Counted from the whole stretch's first letter, positions 1 to 9,771 are shown. The stretch: 63,189 nt of DNA, filler included, from an uncultured archaeon (GCA_903842985.1; 5 parts of 5 records of this genome joined end to end with filler, not necessarily neighbours in it), one strand, 5' to 3'. The notes: generated by a model not told the origin, from the letters alone. Numbers and translations: made by a program.

Positions 1-339
1 GAAGCTTCCTTTGCCGTAATTTATCAGATGATAGTTATTTCTTGTGAACTCAACTGCAGCGATATCAATGAATCCGTCCTTGTTGAAGTCAGCAGGCGCG
101 ACAGAATTAATGTGGCTTGAGGCATAAACAATATGTTTTTCAAACGAAACCTCTGTTATTGGAGTAGGCTTCTCAACTGTTTTTGGCGTTTCTGGAGAAG
201 TTGGCTGCTGCTGGACAGCATTGCCGTCTGTCGGCTGCTCAATTCCGATTGTTATTTTCAAGTTGGACCTCAGAACCAAAAAAAGAAGTCCTGCTATCAG
301 GATAACTGCGAAAATTATAAATGGCGTCTTTTTCATCAT
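1..339 (-). CDS. Membrane-anchored FG-GAP/VCBS (DxDxDG calcium-blade) repeat protein, 3'-truncated by window edge; not in ORF track
   Basis: Hand translation from ATG 339 (GGAGGT SD upstream, ATGA overlap with the upstream gene): MMKKTPFIIFAVILIAGLLFLVL...PTSPETPKTVEKPTP...SVAPADFNKDGFIDIAAV...INYGKGSF. N-terminal TM, Pro/Thr linker, ADFNxDGxxDI motif. Confidence 0.75.
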   Translation of the reverse strand, partial: MMKKTPFIIFAVILIAGLLFLVLRSNLKITIGIEQPTDGNAVQQQPTSPETPKTVEKPTPITEVSFEKHIVYASSHINSVAPADFNKDGFIDIAAVEFTRNNYHLINYGKGSF

Positions 340-545
340 TTACCTCCGGAGCTTGGCGTCTGATTCGACCCCAATACAGTAAGCGAGACCTTGCCTGAAG
401 CTTCTTCATGGATTTCTGCAGGCTGTTTCTCCTTAATACTATTATTCTCTGCCTCCTTTTCAGCAACAATGACAAATAAGAGAACAAGCAGGATTACAAA
501 AACCAATATATGGATCCAATACTTCCTCAAAACACCTCTAACCAT
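336..545 (-). CDS. Small single-TM hypothetical protein
   Basis: 69 aa with N-terminal hydrophobic helix; stop overlaps the next start. Confidence 0.6.
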   Translation of the reverse strand: MVRGVLRKYWIHILVFVILLVLLFVIVAEKEAENNSIKEKQPAEIHEEASGKVSLTVLGSNQTPSSGGK

Positions 546-572
546 CCCCGCTAATTAGGGCTGAACTTATAT

Positions 573-1619
573 TTAAAGCTTTTGCAGGCCTGAAGCAACT
601 GCTGCTGCGCCGTACAATGCAATGTCTGTATTAAGAACAATGTTTACAGGAATCTTTTTCAAGACAGAAGACATTTTGCTGTTATTCACAAACTCATCCA
701 TGAAGTGCTCATTAAACATATCAACATTCTTTGGAGCGATTCCTCCTGCTATATAAACTCCTCCATAGGCAAGTGCTTCCAAAGCGAAGTTGGAAGCGCA
801 TCTGGCGCAGAAAACAACAAATAATTCAAATGCCCTTTCGCAGGTTTTGTCAACCAGCGAGTAGCTGGAAATAAGCTCTGGCTTCTTGCCAGCAGCTGCC
901 TTGTCTATCTCTTTTGTGTATTTTGTCTCTGGAAACTCTTTGATGTATCGCAAAAATGAATAGATGTTCGCAATTCCCGGGCCTGAAACAAGCTCCTCAT
1001 AGCCAAGTGCTGTCTTTGACTTTAATTTTTTGCGCACATAGTTGGCAAGCTCAAGCTCAAAATCATTTACAGGAGGAAAAGTCGCGTGCCCGCCTTCTGA
1101 TGGAAGCACTTTGTCTGCAACAATGGATTTTCCAAGCCCTGTGCCTGCTCCGATAATAACCTTCACGCCGCTGCCTTCCTTTGCCCTTGACAGGGAAAAC
1201 AAATCAGAATGGCTAAGATGGCTGGCTCCAAAGCCAGCTGCCTCAAAATCATTAAGCAAAACAATTGAGCTAAGAAGCGAGTTCTTCAGTGTTTCATGAA
1301 CATCAACTGCCCATTTGAGATTTGTCAGTTTGCAGTGCGTCCGCTCTGCATTGACTGGGCCTGCGCAGGAGAAGCAGGCTTTGCTTACCTCAATCCCGTA
1401 TTTTTCGTGAGCAAACTTAAGAGTCTCATTCATTGCCTCATAGAATTTTTTAATCCTTTTGCTTTCGAACTCCAGCAGGAAAACAGGCCTTATGTGCCTG
1501 TTTACCCCAAACACAGCAAGCCTAGTTGCTGTCCCGCCTATGTCCCCAACTAGAACAAAGAAATGATGCTCCTCTTTTTTGAAATCGCTTTTTGCGAATA
1601 CCTTCAGCCTGTAATTCAT
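573..1619 (-). CDS. glk: Glucokinase (bacterial Glk type)
   Basis: GDIGGT, AGPV, LLNDFEA, GAGTGLG, SEGGH, EELVSGPG, GGVYIAGGI motifs. Confidence 0.9.
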   Translation of the reverse strand: MNYRLKVFAKSDFKKEEHHFFVLVGDIGGTATRLAVFGVNRHIRPVFLLEFESKRIKKFYEAMNETLKFAHEKYGIEVSKACFSCAGPVNAERTHCKLTNLKWAVDVHETLKNSLLSSIVLLNDFEAAGFGASHLSHSDLFSLSRAKEGSGVKVIIGAGTGLGKSIVADKVLPSEGGHATFPPVNDFELELANYVRKKLKSKTALGYEELVSGPGIANIYSFLRYIKEFPETKYTKEIDKAAAGKKPELISSYSLVDKTCERAFELFVVFCARCASNFALEALAYGGVYIAGGIAPKNVDMFNEHFMDEFVNNSKMSSVLKKIPVNIVLNTDIALYGAAAVASGLQKL

Positions 1620-1647
1620 TATGCCTCTTTTTTAAATTTTTACAAAT

Positions 1648-2031
1648 TTAGTATGGTGTCTCCACCTTTAAAATCTTTTCAAAATGCTTTCTGTTTCTTG
1701 TAATTAGTTTTTTTGCGTTTATCGACATTGCAGTTGCGACAATCCCTGCATCAGCGAATAAGATATTAGGTTTTCTTATTATTTCGCCTGTTTTCCTTGC
1801 AATCTCCCTGCCAAAATCGACTCTTTTGAACAGGTTTAGGACATCATCAACAATGTTTTGCTCCTCTGTCGAGTCAAGCTGTTTCCCTGAGAAAAGTTCT
1901 GCTTCTGTTATCGCAGAAAAATGAACATCATATTTCTCCCTTGCACTGATGAAGAATTCCTTTGCCTTTGGCAGGCCCCTGAATAAATCAATAAATATGT
2001 CGCTGTCCACCAAAACTGCCTCTTTTATCAT
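1648..2031 (-). CDS. vapC: PIN-domain (VapC-like) toxin; probable start 2031 rather than 2115
   Basis: LVDSDIFID, SAITEAEL, FADAGIVATA, LITRNRKHF PIN motifs; ATGA overlap with the antitoxin stop. Confidence 0.85.
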   Translation of the reverse strand: MIKEAVLVDSDIFIDLFRGLPKAKEFFISAREKYDVHFSAITEAELFSGKQLDSTEEQNIVDDVLNLFKRVDFGREIARKTGEIIRKPNILFADAGIVATAMSINAKKLITRNRKHFEKILKVETPY

Positions 2032-2279
2032 TTTTTCCAGAGTGTTTTTGCCCTGTCTCCAGCTTCCCTCAGCTTCTTTACATACTCCGTGCTCTCTTCT
2101 TTCATGCCTTTCCACCTGCCGAATGCCCTTTCAACAGGGTCTATCTCAAGCTTCTCAAGCATTACTTTTCCTTTTTCAACAGTTGCTATCATTTTGTCCC
2201 CGATTTTCAGCCCAAGCTGGTCCCTTACGTCCTTGGATATAGTCAGCTGGTTGTTTCTTGTTATTACTCCCATTCCCAT
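2028..2279 (-). CDS. AbrB/MazE/SpoVT-family antitoxin
   Basis: ITRNNQLTISKDVRDQLGLKIGD swapped-hairpin signature, directly upstream of the PIN gene. Confidence 0.85.
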   Translation of the reverse strand: MGMGVITRNNQLTISKDVRDQLGLKIGDKMIATVEKGKVMLEKLEIDPVERAFGRWKGMKEESTEYVKKLREAGDRAKTLWKK

Positions 2280-2291
2280 AGTAATTTCACC

Positions 2292-2323
2292 TATTACAAT
2301 GGTAGTAATAACTTATATTTAAA
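2292..2323 (-). promoter_or_regulatory. TA-operon promoter: TATA-like box with TATTAC-N7-GTAATA inverted repeat (candidate autorepression operator)
   Basis: Inverted repeat at 2292-2310 lies between a TTTAAATA box (about 2316-2323, minus strand) and the antitoxin start; operator role is inference. Confidence 0.45.
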
Positions 2324-2505
2324 CCTTTCCATATATTAGAATTTTATAATATATAAATGCGCGTTGTAGCGATTGCTACAACAGCACCTCCTAAAACAGG
2401 CAGAATCCTAAAAATAGGGTTTTAGGCTTATACAGAGTTAGGTTCAATATATTTTTCTAAGGACTTTCGATAAATTTATTAAATAAGTTCAAATAATCAA
2501 GTATT

Positions 2506-3063
2506 ATGGAGGACATTCACAAATTTAGGATTTTTAATAAGTTAAAAACAATTTATAGATTTAATTCAGTTGAAGATAGAAAAGAAAGTTCCGCAGAACA
2601 TTCTTGGAGTTGTTTGATTCTTGCTGATCTTTTTCTTTCAAAATTTGATTTTAATGTAGATAAGTTAAAAGTTTATGAACTTTTAATGTATCATGATGTT
2701 GTTGAAATTGAATCAGGAGACACTCCTTTACATCCCGAAATTAAAAGATTAGATAAAAAAGATAAAGAAAAAAAAGCAATAGAATTATTACATAAAAGTT
2801 TACCCATCCCATTAAATGATAAATTTGTAAATCTATTTACCGAATTTGAAGAGCAAAAAACTGTAGAATCAAAATTTGCTAAGGCCATAGATGCGCTAGA
2901 TGCTGAAATTCATGAATTAGATTATAAACAAGATTGGAAAGGTTGGACTGAAGAATTTCTTGTAAATAAAAAATTAAAATTTTTTGAAGAGTTTCCAGAA
3001 ATGAAGAAAGTTTTTTTTGAGATACTTGATTATTTGAAAACGAATGATTATTTTAACCACTAA
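2506..3063 (+). CDS. HD-domain phosphohydrolase (YfbR/HDDC2-like), very AT-rich
   Basis: ESSAEHSW...HDVVEIESGD...ESKFAKAIDALD motifs. Confidence 0.85.
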   Translation: MEDIHKFRIFNKLKTIYRFNSVEDRKESSAEHSWSCLILADLFLSKFDFNVDKLKVYELLMYHDVVEIESGDTPLHPEIKRLDKKDKEKKAIELLHKSLPIPLNDKFVNLFTEFEEQKTVESKFAKAIDALDAEIHELDYKQDWKGWTEEFLVNKKLKFFEEFPEMKKVFFEILDYLKTNDYFNH

Positions 3064-3167
3064 CTTCATTAGAAAAATATACTCTTCGGGATTTTTGCTA
3101 TCGCAAAAACCGTTGCACTATCCCTTGGTCAGCTTCGCAAATGAAACTAACATCATTAGTTTCAATT

Positions 3168-4301
3168 TTATTTCGCTGCCTTAATCACCGCTTCTGCAAC
3201 AGCATCGGCAACATTGTCAAACACGCTTGGGATTATCCTGTCAGGCGCCGGCTTTGCAACTAGCGAGGCAATTGCCTCGGCAGCAGCCAGCTTCATCTTC
3301 TCTGTTATCTGCTTCCTGACTTTAAGCGCGCCTTTGAAGATGCCTGGGAAAGCCAGGACATTGTTTATTTGATTCGGAAAATCAGAGCGTCCAGTTGCGA
3401 CAATTTTTGCGCCTCCTTCCAGCGCATCTGCAGGCATTATCTCAGGAACAGGATTTGCCATTGCAAACACAATCGGCTCATTCATTGTTTTAATCATTTC
3501 TTTTGTCACAATGCCGGGAGCTGAAACGCCGATGAAAACATCTGCACCTTTCATTGCATCTGCCATGCTTCCTTTTATCTTCTGAGGATTTGTAACATTA
3601 GCGAGCTCTTCTTTTGCCGAGTTCAGGTTCTTTCTTCCAGAATAGATTGCGCCTTTTGTGTCGCAGACAATTATGTTCTTGAAGCCGTAGCTTAAAAGTA
3701 TTTTCGCGACAGCTGTGCCTGCTGCGCCTGCGCCTGAAATAACTGTTTTGATTTCCTTGCCTTTCTTCAAAATCTTGAGCGCGTTAATCAGTGCAGCCAG
3801 GACAACAATTGCTGTGCCGTGCTGGTCGTCATGGAAAACAGGGATGTCTAGTTTCTCCTTCAGCTTCTCTTCAACCTCAAAGCATCGCGGAGCAGAAATA
3901 TCTTCTAAGTTAATTCCGCCGAAAACAGGCGAGATTTTTACAACTATGTCAACTATTTCATCAACTTCCTTTGTTTTCAGGCAGATTGGGAATGCGTCGA
4001 CATTGCCGAACTGCTTGAACAGGATGCATTTGCCTTCCATGACAGGAATCGCAGCCTCTGGCCCGATGTCACCCAAGCCGAGCACAGCTGTGCCATCAGA
4101 GACAACAGCAACAAGGTTTCCCTTTGAAGTGTATTTGTAAACATTTTCAATATTTTCTGCGATTTTCCTGCACGGCTCTGCAACGCCGGGAGTATAAGCC
4201 AAAGACAGGTCATTCTTGGTGGCAAGCGGAACCTTTGAAACTACCTCAATCTTGCCTTTATGCTTCTCGTGCAGTTTGAGAGCGTCTTCTTGCAGGCTCA
4301 T
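3168..4301 (-). CDS. NAD(P)-dependent malic enzyme
   Basis: LSLAYTPGVA, DGTAVLGLG, PVMEGK, NLEDI, FHDDQHGTA, GAGAAG, GRSDFPNQINN. Confidence 0.95.
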   Translation of the reverse strand: MSLQEDALKLHEKHKGKIEVVSKVPLATKNDLSLAYTPGVAEPCRKIAENIENVYKYTSKGNLVAVVSDGTAVLGLGDIGPEAAIPVMEGKCILFKQFGNVDAFPICLKTKEVDEIVDIVVKISPVFGGINLEDISAPRCFEVEEKLKEKLDIPVFHDDQHGTAIVVLAALINALKILKKGKEIKTVISGAGAAGTAVAKILLSYGFKNIIVCDTKGAIYSGRKNLNSAKEELANVTNPQKIKGSMADAMKGADVFIGVSAPGIVTKEMIKTMNEPIVFAMANPVPEIMPADALEGGAKIVATGRSDFPNQINNVLAFPGIFKGALKVRKQITEKMKLAAAEAIASLVAKPAPDRIIPSVFDNVADAVAEAVIKAAK

Positions 4302-4305
4302 AAAA

Positions 4306-4692
4306 TCATTTCCTCAACTTCCTCTTTTGTTTAGTTTTTTTCAATAAGATTATATTTAAAATTAAGCCAAAAACAGAAATCCCTGTCATTAAATAAGTAT
4401 AAAATAAAATATCATTCTGTGGTGCATGTCTAAGATTAAGCGACATATTAACCAGGCTCAGAGCTCCAGCTCCTATCCAAAATCCAATCCCAAAATATCT
4501 ACATATTTTTATTCCTTCTTTAGTGTTTGTATCTTTTTTCACTAATAAAGATATTATGAATGTTACTGCAAATACTATCAATCCAAATATCAACAAATGA
4601 TTTATATTCCAGCTTGGATGAACAAGTTTCGCTATCCCCATCGCAACCACTCCAATAGGCAACGATAAAAGCATTTTAATTGCATCCTTCAT
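4306..4692 (-). CDS. Hypothetical 4-TM membrane protein (AT-rich)
   Basis: Four hydrophobic segments, basic C-tail, GGAGGG SD. Confidence 0.7.
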   Translation of the reverse strand: MKDAIKMLLSLPIGVVAMGIAKLVHPSWNINHLLIFGLIVFAVTFIISLLVKKDTNTKEGIKICRYFGIGFWIGAGALSLVNMSLNLRHAPQNDILFYTYLMTGISVFGLILNIILLKKTKQKRKLRK

Positions 4693-4716
4693 CAGTATCC
4701 CTCCAGTCTTGGAATC

Positions 4717-4839
4717 TCAAATCAATTGGCTTATTGCGAGCCCTATTATTATTCCTGCTATTAAAGCACAGAACATTAATATCCGCACTTCTCTAATATG
4801 CCTATATTTGATCAAAGCTTTAATATCAAATAGTTTCAT
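4717..4839 (-). CDS. 40-aa membrane micropeptide; not in ORF track
   Basis: MKLFDIKALIKYRHIREVRILMFCALIAGIIIGLAISQLI*; its TGGAGGGATACT(A/G)ATGAA initiation context is shared with the downstream gene. Confidence 0.6.
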   Translation of the reverse strand: MKLFDIKALIKYRHIREVRILMFCALIAGIIIGLAISQLI

Positions 4840-4873
4840 TAGTATCCCTCCAATTTTAGTGCATCCAAGGATA

Positions 4874-5767
4874 TCATTTTAGCCTAAGAAATTTGTAGGC
4901 GGAAAATGCGGCATTTGCGCCGTCGCCGCACGCAGTTATTATCTGCTTTAATTGCTTGGATACAATGTCGCCTGCTGCATAGCAGCCTTCGACATTTGTC
5001 TCCATGCCTGCATTGACCTTTACAAAACCCTTGTCATCGGCATCAACGCCAATTTCTTTTAGGATTGCAAGCGAAGGGACCATGCCTATCTCAATGAAAA
5101 CACCATCAAGAGGTATGTTTTTGCCGTCGCCAAGCACAACTGAATTGACTGTCTTGTCGCCCTTGATTTCAGCAACATCTGTATTGTAAAGAATCTCAAT
5201 TTTCTTGTTGCCCTTTACCCTTTCAAGGTTTACGGGCTCTCCTGTAACTGCTGCGCCTTTTACAAACATGAAAACTTTTGAAGCGTATTCTGCAACCAAA
5301 AGCGCTGCCTTGCAGGCTGAGTCGCCGCCTCCGACAACACCTGCTGTCTTGTTCTTGAAGAACGCCGCGTCGCAGGTTGCGCAGTGTGAAACTCCCTTTC
5401 CGATGAATATATCCTCTCCTTTGACATTGAGTTTTCTTCTCTGTGTGCCAAGTGCAATAATAACTGCCTTGCATTCATACTTGTTGTCTGAAGTCGCAAC
5501 AGTAAAAATATTGTTTTGCTTGCTTACTTCAACAACTTCATCTTCCTTTATCTCAACTCCTAGGGAAGTAACCTGCTCTTTCATGTTTTTTGTCAGGTCA
5601 ACGCCAGAAATTAATTTTGAGGCAGGATAGTTCTCAATGTCAGCTGCATACATCATCAGGCCGCCTGTCTCCTTTGATATTACAACTGTGCTGAGCTTGT
5701 ATCTTGCTGCATAAACAGCAGCTGTAAGCCCTGCTGGTCCTCCTCCTATAATAACAATGTCATACAT
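4874..5767 (-). CDS. trxB: Thioredoxin-disulfide reductase; probable start 5767
   Basis: MYDIVIIGGGPAG, CATCD redox motif, VGGGDSA, YAAGD. Confidence 0.92.
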   Translation of the reverse strand: MYDIVIIGGGPAGLTAAVYAARYKLSTVVISKETGGLMMYAADIENYPASKLISGVDLTKNMKEQVTSLGVEIKEDEVVEVSKQNNIFTVATSDNKYECKAVIIALGTQRRKLNVKGEDIFIGKGVSHCATCDAAFFKNKTAGVVGGGDSACKAALLVAEYASKVFMFVKGAAVTGEPVNLERVKGNKKIEILYNTDVAEIKGDKTVNSVVLGDGKNIPLDGVFIEIGMVPSLAILKEIGVDADDKGFVKVNAGMETNVEGCYAAGDIVSKQLKQIITACGDGANAAFSAYKFLRLK

Positions 5768-5844
5768 ACTGCTATGGAATATACAATCATATTTAAATGT
5801 TTTTAGCCAAACATTTATATATTTCAATTCATAACTGCAGAGGT

Positions 5845-8307
5845 ATGACAAAACTGGAATTCTATCCTGTGGATGTGACTTATAAAATAACAGAGGACAA
5901 GCCAGTCATATACATGTTCGGCAGGACAAAGGCAGGCGAGCGAATATGCGTCATTGATGAAAGGTTCATGCCTTACTTTTATGTTCTCCCGAAAAAAGGT
6001 GAAAATACAGAATTCCTTATTGACAGGCTGAAAAGGCTTGAGTCAAAAAAAAGAGATGATTATTTCAGGGTGATTGGCGCAGAGTTCATTGACAGGAATT
6101 TCCTTGGAAGCCCGATGACTGTGATAAAGGTTTATGCAAACACTCCTGCAGGCGTTCCTGTTTTAAGGGAGGAAATAAGGAGTTGGAATGAAGTTGAAAA
6201 TATCTATGAAGCTGATATCCTTTTTGTAAGACGGTACCTGATAGACAGGGGAATAGTGCCGATGACATTGACAGAAGTGGAAGGCGACTTTGCAAGCGTC
6301 AAGTCAAGGGTTCCTGTCTTCAAGGCAGAAAAAATAATGCAGTCAAGCAATGAGAGCCTGCAGCCGAGAATTCTTGCGTTTGACATTGAAACCTACAATC
6401 CGAGCAACGCAATTGACATGGAAAAAAATCCGATAATTATGGTCAGCTTTTATGCAAAAGATTTCCAGAAAGTCATAACCTGGAAAAGGTTCAATACAAA
6501 ACTTAATTATGTTGAGTTTGTAGACGGCGAGGCAGAGCTGATTGAAAGATTTGCAAGGATAATTGAAGAGTACGGGCCTGACCTGATTGCCGGATATTTC
6601 TCTGACGGCTTTGACTGGCCATACATAAAGGCAAGGGCTGACAAGTACAGGATAAGGCTTGACCTTGGATGGGATTACAGCCTGATGAAGTTAAAGGCAG
6701 GAAAAGCAGAGGCAATCCAGATGAATGGGCCTGTGAGCCTGGATATTTTCAAGCACATTGACAGGGTTGTGAGCAGAAAGCTGAGGACAGACAGCAAGAA
6801 GCTTGGGGATGTTGCGCAGGAATTGATTGGAAAAGGGAAAACGTACGTTGACATGGATAAGTTTGCAGAAGTTTGGGATGAAGGCTCTGACGAGCTTGAG
6901 GAATACTGCAAATACAACTACAATGATTCCCTTGTTGCCTACGAACTTACAGAGGCGCTGCTCCCGAATCTTGTTGAGATGGTGAAGATTGTCGGGCAGC
7001 CGATTTATGATGTTAACATGATGAGCATGTCCCAGCTTGTTGAATGGTATCTTATGAGGCAGGCGCCTAGTTTCAATGAGCTTGCGCCGAACAGGCCTTC
7101 GCACGACGAAATCAAAAAAAGAAGGATGCAGACATACATGGGCGCATTTGTCTTCGAGCCGAAGCCGGGGCTGTTCCATGACATAATTGTCTTTGACTTC
7201 AGGAGCCTGTATCCGTCAATAATCGCATCGCATAATGTCTCGCCTTCAAGCCTGAACTGCAGCTGCTGTGCAGACACAGCAGAGATGATTCCGGAAATCA
7301 GGGGAAAGATGCACTACTGGTTCTGCCAGAAAAAGAAAGGATTCATGTCCTATGTCATAGAAGACATAATCGCGAGAAGGATGAGAGTCAAGGAGATAAT
7401 GAAGACAACAGATGATGAAACTAAACAAAAAATCCTGGATGCAAGGCAGGACGGGCTGAAGCTTCTGTCAAATTCATTCTACGGCTACTTTGGATTCTTC
7501 GGCGCAAGATGGTATTCAATCGAATGCGCGAGGGCGACAACTGCATATGCAAGATTCTACATAAAGGATGTCATAAATAAAGCGCAGGATGCCGGCTTCG
7601 AGGTTCTTTACTCTGACACAGACTCGATTTTCATGCTTCTTCACGGAAAAGACAGGGTGGTTGCAAAGAAATTCATTGATAAGATAAACCTTGAACTGCC
7701 AAAACTGATGGAGCTTGAGTATGAGGGATACTACACCTCAGGATTATTTGTTGCAGTAAAGGAGCAGAGCTACGGCGCCAAGAAGAAATATGCATTGCTT
7801 TCAAAGGATGGACACATAAAAATCAAGGGCTTTGAAATGGTTAGGAGGAACTGGAGCTTTGTGGCAAAAGATGTCCAGCAGGAGGTCATCAGGATTATTC
7901 TTCAGGAGAATGATGTTGAAAAGGCGCTGAATTTTGTGAAAGACACAATCAAGGATTTGAAGCAGAGGAAAGTTCCGCTGAGCAAGGTTGTGATTCACAC
8001 GCAGCTGCAGAAGCCGATTGCTGAGTATGAGAATGTCGGACCGCATGTCGCAGTTGCGAAGCGGATGCAGGACAGCGGAGAGGAAGTTGGTCCGGGCTCG
8101 ATGATAAAATATGTTGTTGTGCAGGGCACAGGCAAGATAAGGGACAGGGCAAAGATGCCGGATGAAGTCATGGGGAATGAGTATGATTATGATTACTACA
8201 TCAACAACCAGGTGCTTCCTGCTGTTGAATCAATATTCTCTGTCCTCGGGCACAAGAAAGAGGAGCTTGTCCAGCCAGAGCAGAGCAAGCTGGGCGGATT
8301 CTTTTAG
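5845..8307 (+). CDS. polB: Family B DNA polymerase; probable start 5845
   Basis: Exo DIET, DFRSLYPSII, KLLSNSFYGY, YSDTDS, KKKYA; C-terminal PIP box QSKLGGFF. Confidence 0.97.
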   Translation: MTKLEFYPVDVTYKITEDKPVIYMFGRTKAGERICVIDERFMPYFYVLPKKGENTEFLIDRLKRLESKKRDDYFRVIGAEFIDRNFLGSPMTVIKVYANTPAGVPVLREEIRSWNEVENIYEADILFVRRYLIDRGIVPMTLTEVEGDFASVKSRVPVFKAEKIMQSSNESLQPRILAFDIETYNPSNAIDMEKNPIIMVSFYAKDFQKVITWKRFNTKLNYVEFVDGEAELIERFARIIEEYGPDLIAGYFSDGFDWPYIKARADKYRIRLDLGWDYSLMKLKAGKAEAIQMNGPVSLDIFKHIDRVVSRKLRTDSKKLGDVAQELIGKGKTYVDMDKFAEVWDEGSDELEEYCKYNYNDSLVAYELTEALLPNLVEMVKIVGQPIYDVNMMSMSQLVEWYLMRQAPSFNELAPNRPSHDEIKKRRMQTYMGAFVFEPKPGLFHDIIVFDFRSLYPSIIASHNVSPSSLNCSCCADTAEMIPEIRGKMHYWFCQKKKGFMSYVIEDIIARRMRVKEIMKTTDDETKQKILDARQDGLKLLSNSFYGYFGFFGARWYSIECARATTAYARFYIKDVINKAQDAGFEVLYSDTDSIFMLLHGKDRVVAKKFIDKINLELPKLMELEYEGYYTSGLFVAVKEQSYGAKKKYALLSKDGHIKIKGFEMVRRNWSFVAKDVQQEVIRIILQENDVEKALNFVKDTIKDLKQRKVPLSKVVIHTQLQKPIAEYENVGPHVAVAKRMQDSGEEVGPGSMIKYVVVQGTGKIRDRAKMPDEVMGNEYDYDYYINNQVLPAVESIFSVLGHKKEELVQPEQSKLGGFF

Positions 8308-8309
8308 TC

Positions 8310-8963
8310 TTAACACTGAAATAGTCTCAATTGAAGAGGAGGCTGCGCAATTATTACATAACTGTCTTTTGTGTCAGCTCCTTGAATGCCAATGTAATCG
8401 CTGGGCACAATTATTGGATTTATTTCTTTTAACCTGATTCTGTATCCAGCCCAATTTAATATTTCCTCAGCCCGGTAAAACTCATCTTCGCGGACCAATG
8501 TCAGGAATAAAGTTGCGTCACTTGTCATAAATCTCGACAGGTCCTCAAAAACATCTGGCCAATAATCAAAAACTCTGTCTCTGAAGGCGTCATAGTTTGG
8601 ATTTAACGGGACATTTCTTCCCATTACAAGATTAAATTTTCCTTTTACGTGCCTGTCAAGCTCCCGCACATCGCCAATTTTCACAGATTTTCTTCCAAGT
8701 TCGTTTAATAACGATTCAAGGCCTTTGTTGTTATCGAGACTTATCAGCTCGGTTTTTTTGCCAAAATGCCTAACCAGCAGCGGCTCTTCGTTTGCCACAC
8801 CGCAGCAGATGTCCAGTATTCTTGAATTTTTATTGCACACATTAGGGAAGTAATTAATTAGAACCTGCCAGAACCCATCCTGTTCGCTGGCTATACGCTT
8901 CAAATAATGCTGCGCACCATCCATGGAAAATACAGAAAGGATTAATTTTATATAGTTTTCCAA
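8310..8963 (-). CDS. Class I SAM-dependent methyltransferase-like protein
   Basis: ILDICCG motif I, SLD acidic site, GDV. Confidence 0.6.
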   Translation of the reverse strand: MENYIKLILSVFSMDGAQHYLKRIASEQDGFWQVLINYFPNVCNKNSRILDICCGVANEEPLLVRHFGKKTELISLDNNKGLESLLNELGRKSVKIGDVRELDRHVKGKFNLVMGRNVPLNPNYDAFRDRVFDYWPDVFEDLSRFMTSDATLFLTLVREDEFYRAEEILNWAGYRIRLKEINPIIVPSDYIGIQGADTKDSYVIIAQPPLQLRLFQC

Positions 8964-8987
8964 AACGCAAAAGCTTGGCGGGTTCTT

Positions 8988-9416
8988 TTAGTAATAAATA
9001 TCAGTTTCAGCTGAAGGTCTACTTTGGCGGGATTTAGCCGCCTCGTCCACCTCTTTAATATGTATAGTCATCTCTGCTTCGTACTTTATCATCTCTATTC
9101 CTATAAGCAAACTTAATCTATCTTCTGCATCCAAAAGAGTTTTGACATCAACAAAATGGCCTTCCCCGCCCTCGAACGTAGGGCATGCGCCATAGCTTAA
9201 AGTCACTTCATATCTTACATCCCGCATGACTCCACATAATTCCACTTCCCTATCTCCAAATTCACGTGGAATCTCTTTTTTAGAAATATTTTGAAGGTTA
9301 TTCTCCACTAATGCCTGAAGGCCATCAAACTTGCAGCCCAAAGCCATGACATGCATGCGATTTATTCTATGCTCCTTTGAAGTTTCGATATCGCTTGTGA
9401 ATTCGTAATCTGCCAT
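8988..9416 (-). CDS. Hypothetical protein (probable start MADYEF)
   Basis: ORF with TTTATAAA box just upstream of the internal ATG. Confidence 0.5.
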   Translation of the reverse strand: MADYEFTSDIETSKEHRINRMHVMALGCKFDGLQALVENNLQNISKKEIPREFGDREVELCGVMRDVRYEVTLSYGACPTFEGGEGHFVDVKTLLDAEDRLSLLIGIEMIKYEAEMTIHIKEVDEAAKSRQSRPSAETDIYY

Positions 9417-9508
9417 GCAATAATAGAATTGGATTAAATTTATAAATATATTGCCAGGCAGAGCTATCTCAAGCACTCAATTAAAAAAATAAAAAAATCA
9501 GAATTTAT

Positions 9509-9625
9509 TCAGAGTCCTTCGTCTGAGTCGTCTTCTTCATCGTCCGCGTCTTCATCGTCACTTACGTCTTCGTCATCACTTACGTCTTTGTCTTCATTTT
9601 CATAGTTTTCATCTTCATGTGCCAT
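9509..9625 (-). CDS. 38-aa ultra-acidic micropeptide; not in ORF track
   Basis: MAHEDENYENEDKDVSDDEDVSDDEDADDEEDDSDEGL*; GAGGTG SD, TTTAAAAA box upstream, T-rich tract downstream. Confidence 0.7.
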   Translation of the reverse strand: MAHEDENYENEDKDVSDDEDVSDDEDADDEEDDSDEGL

Positions 9626-9771
9626 AATATACCACCTCACGGGTTAAGGTGCGGTAAAAGAGGTTATTTTTAAACCTTTCGGCTTTTTTGTATAGTTTAT
9701 AAATGGTAATATTTTTAAATAATCATATATTTACTCATATCTAAAGCCAAGTTGGCTTAAGGAGGTAAAAA

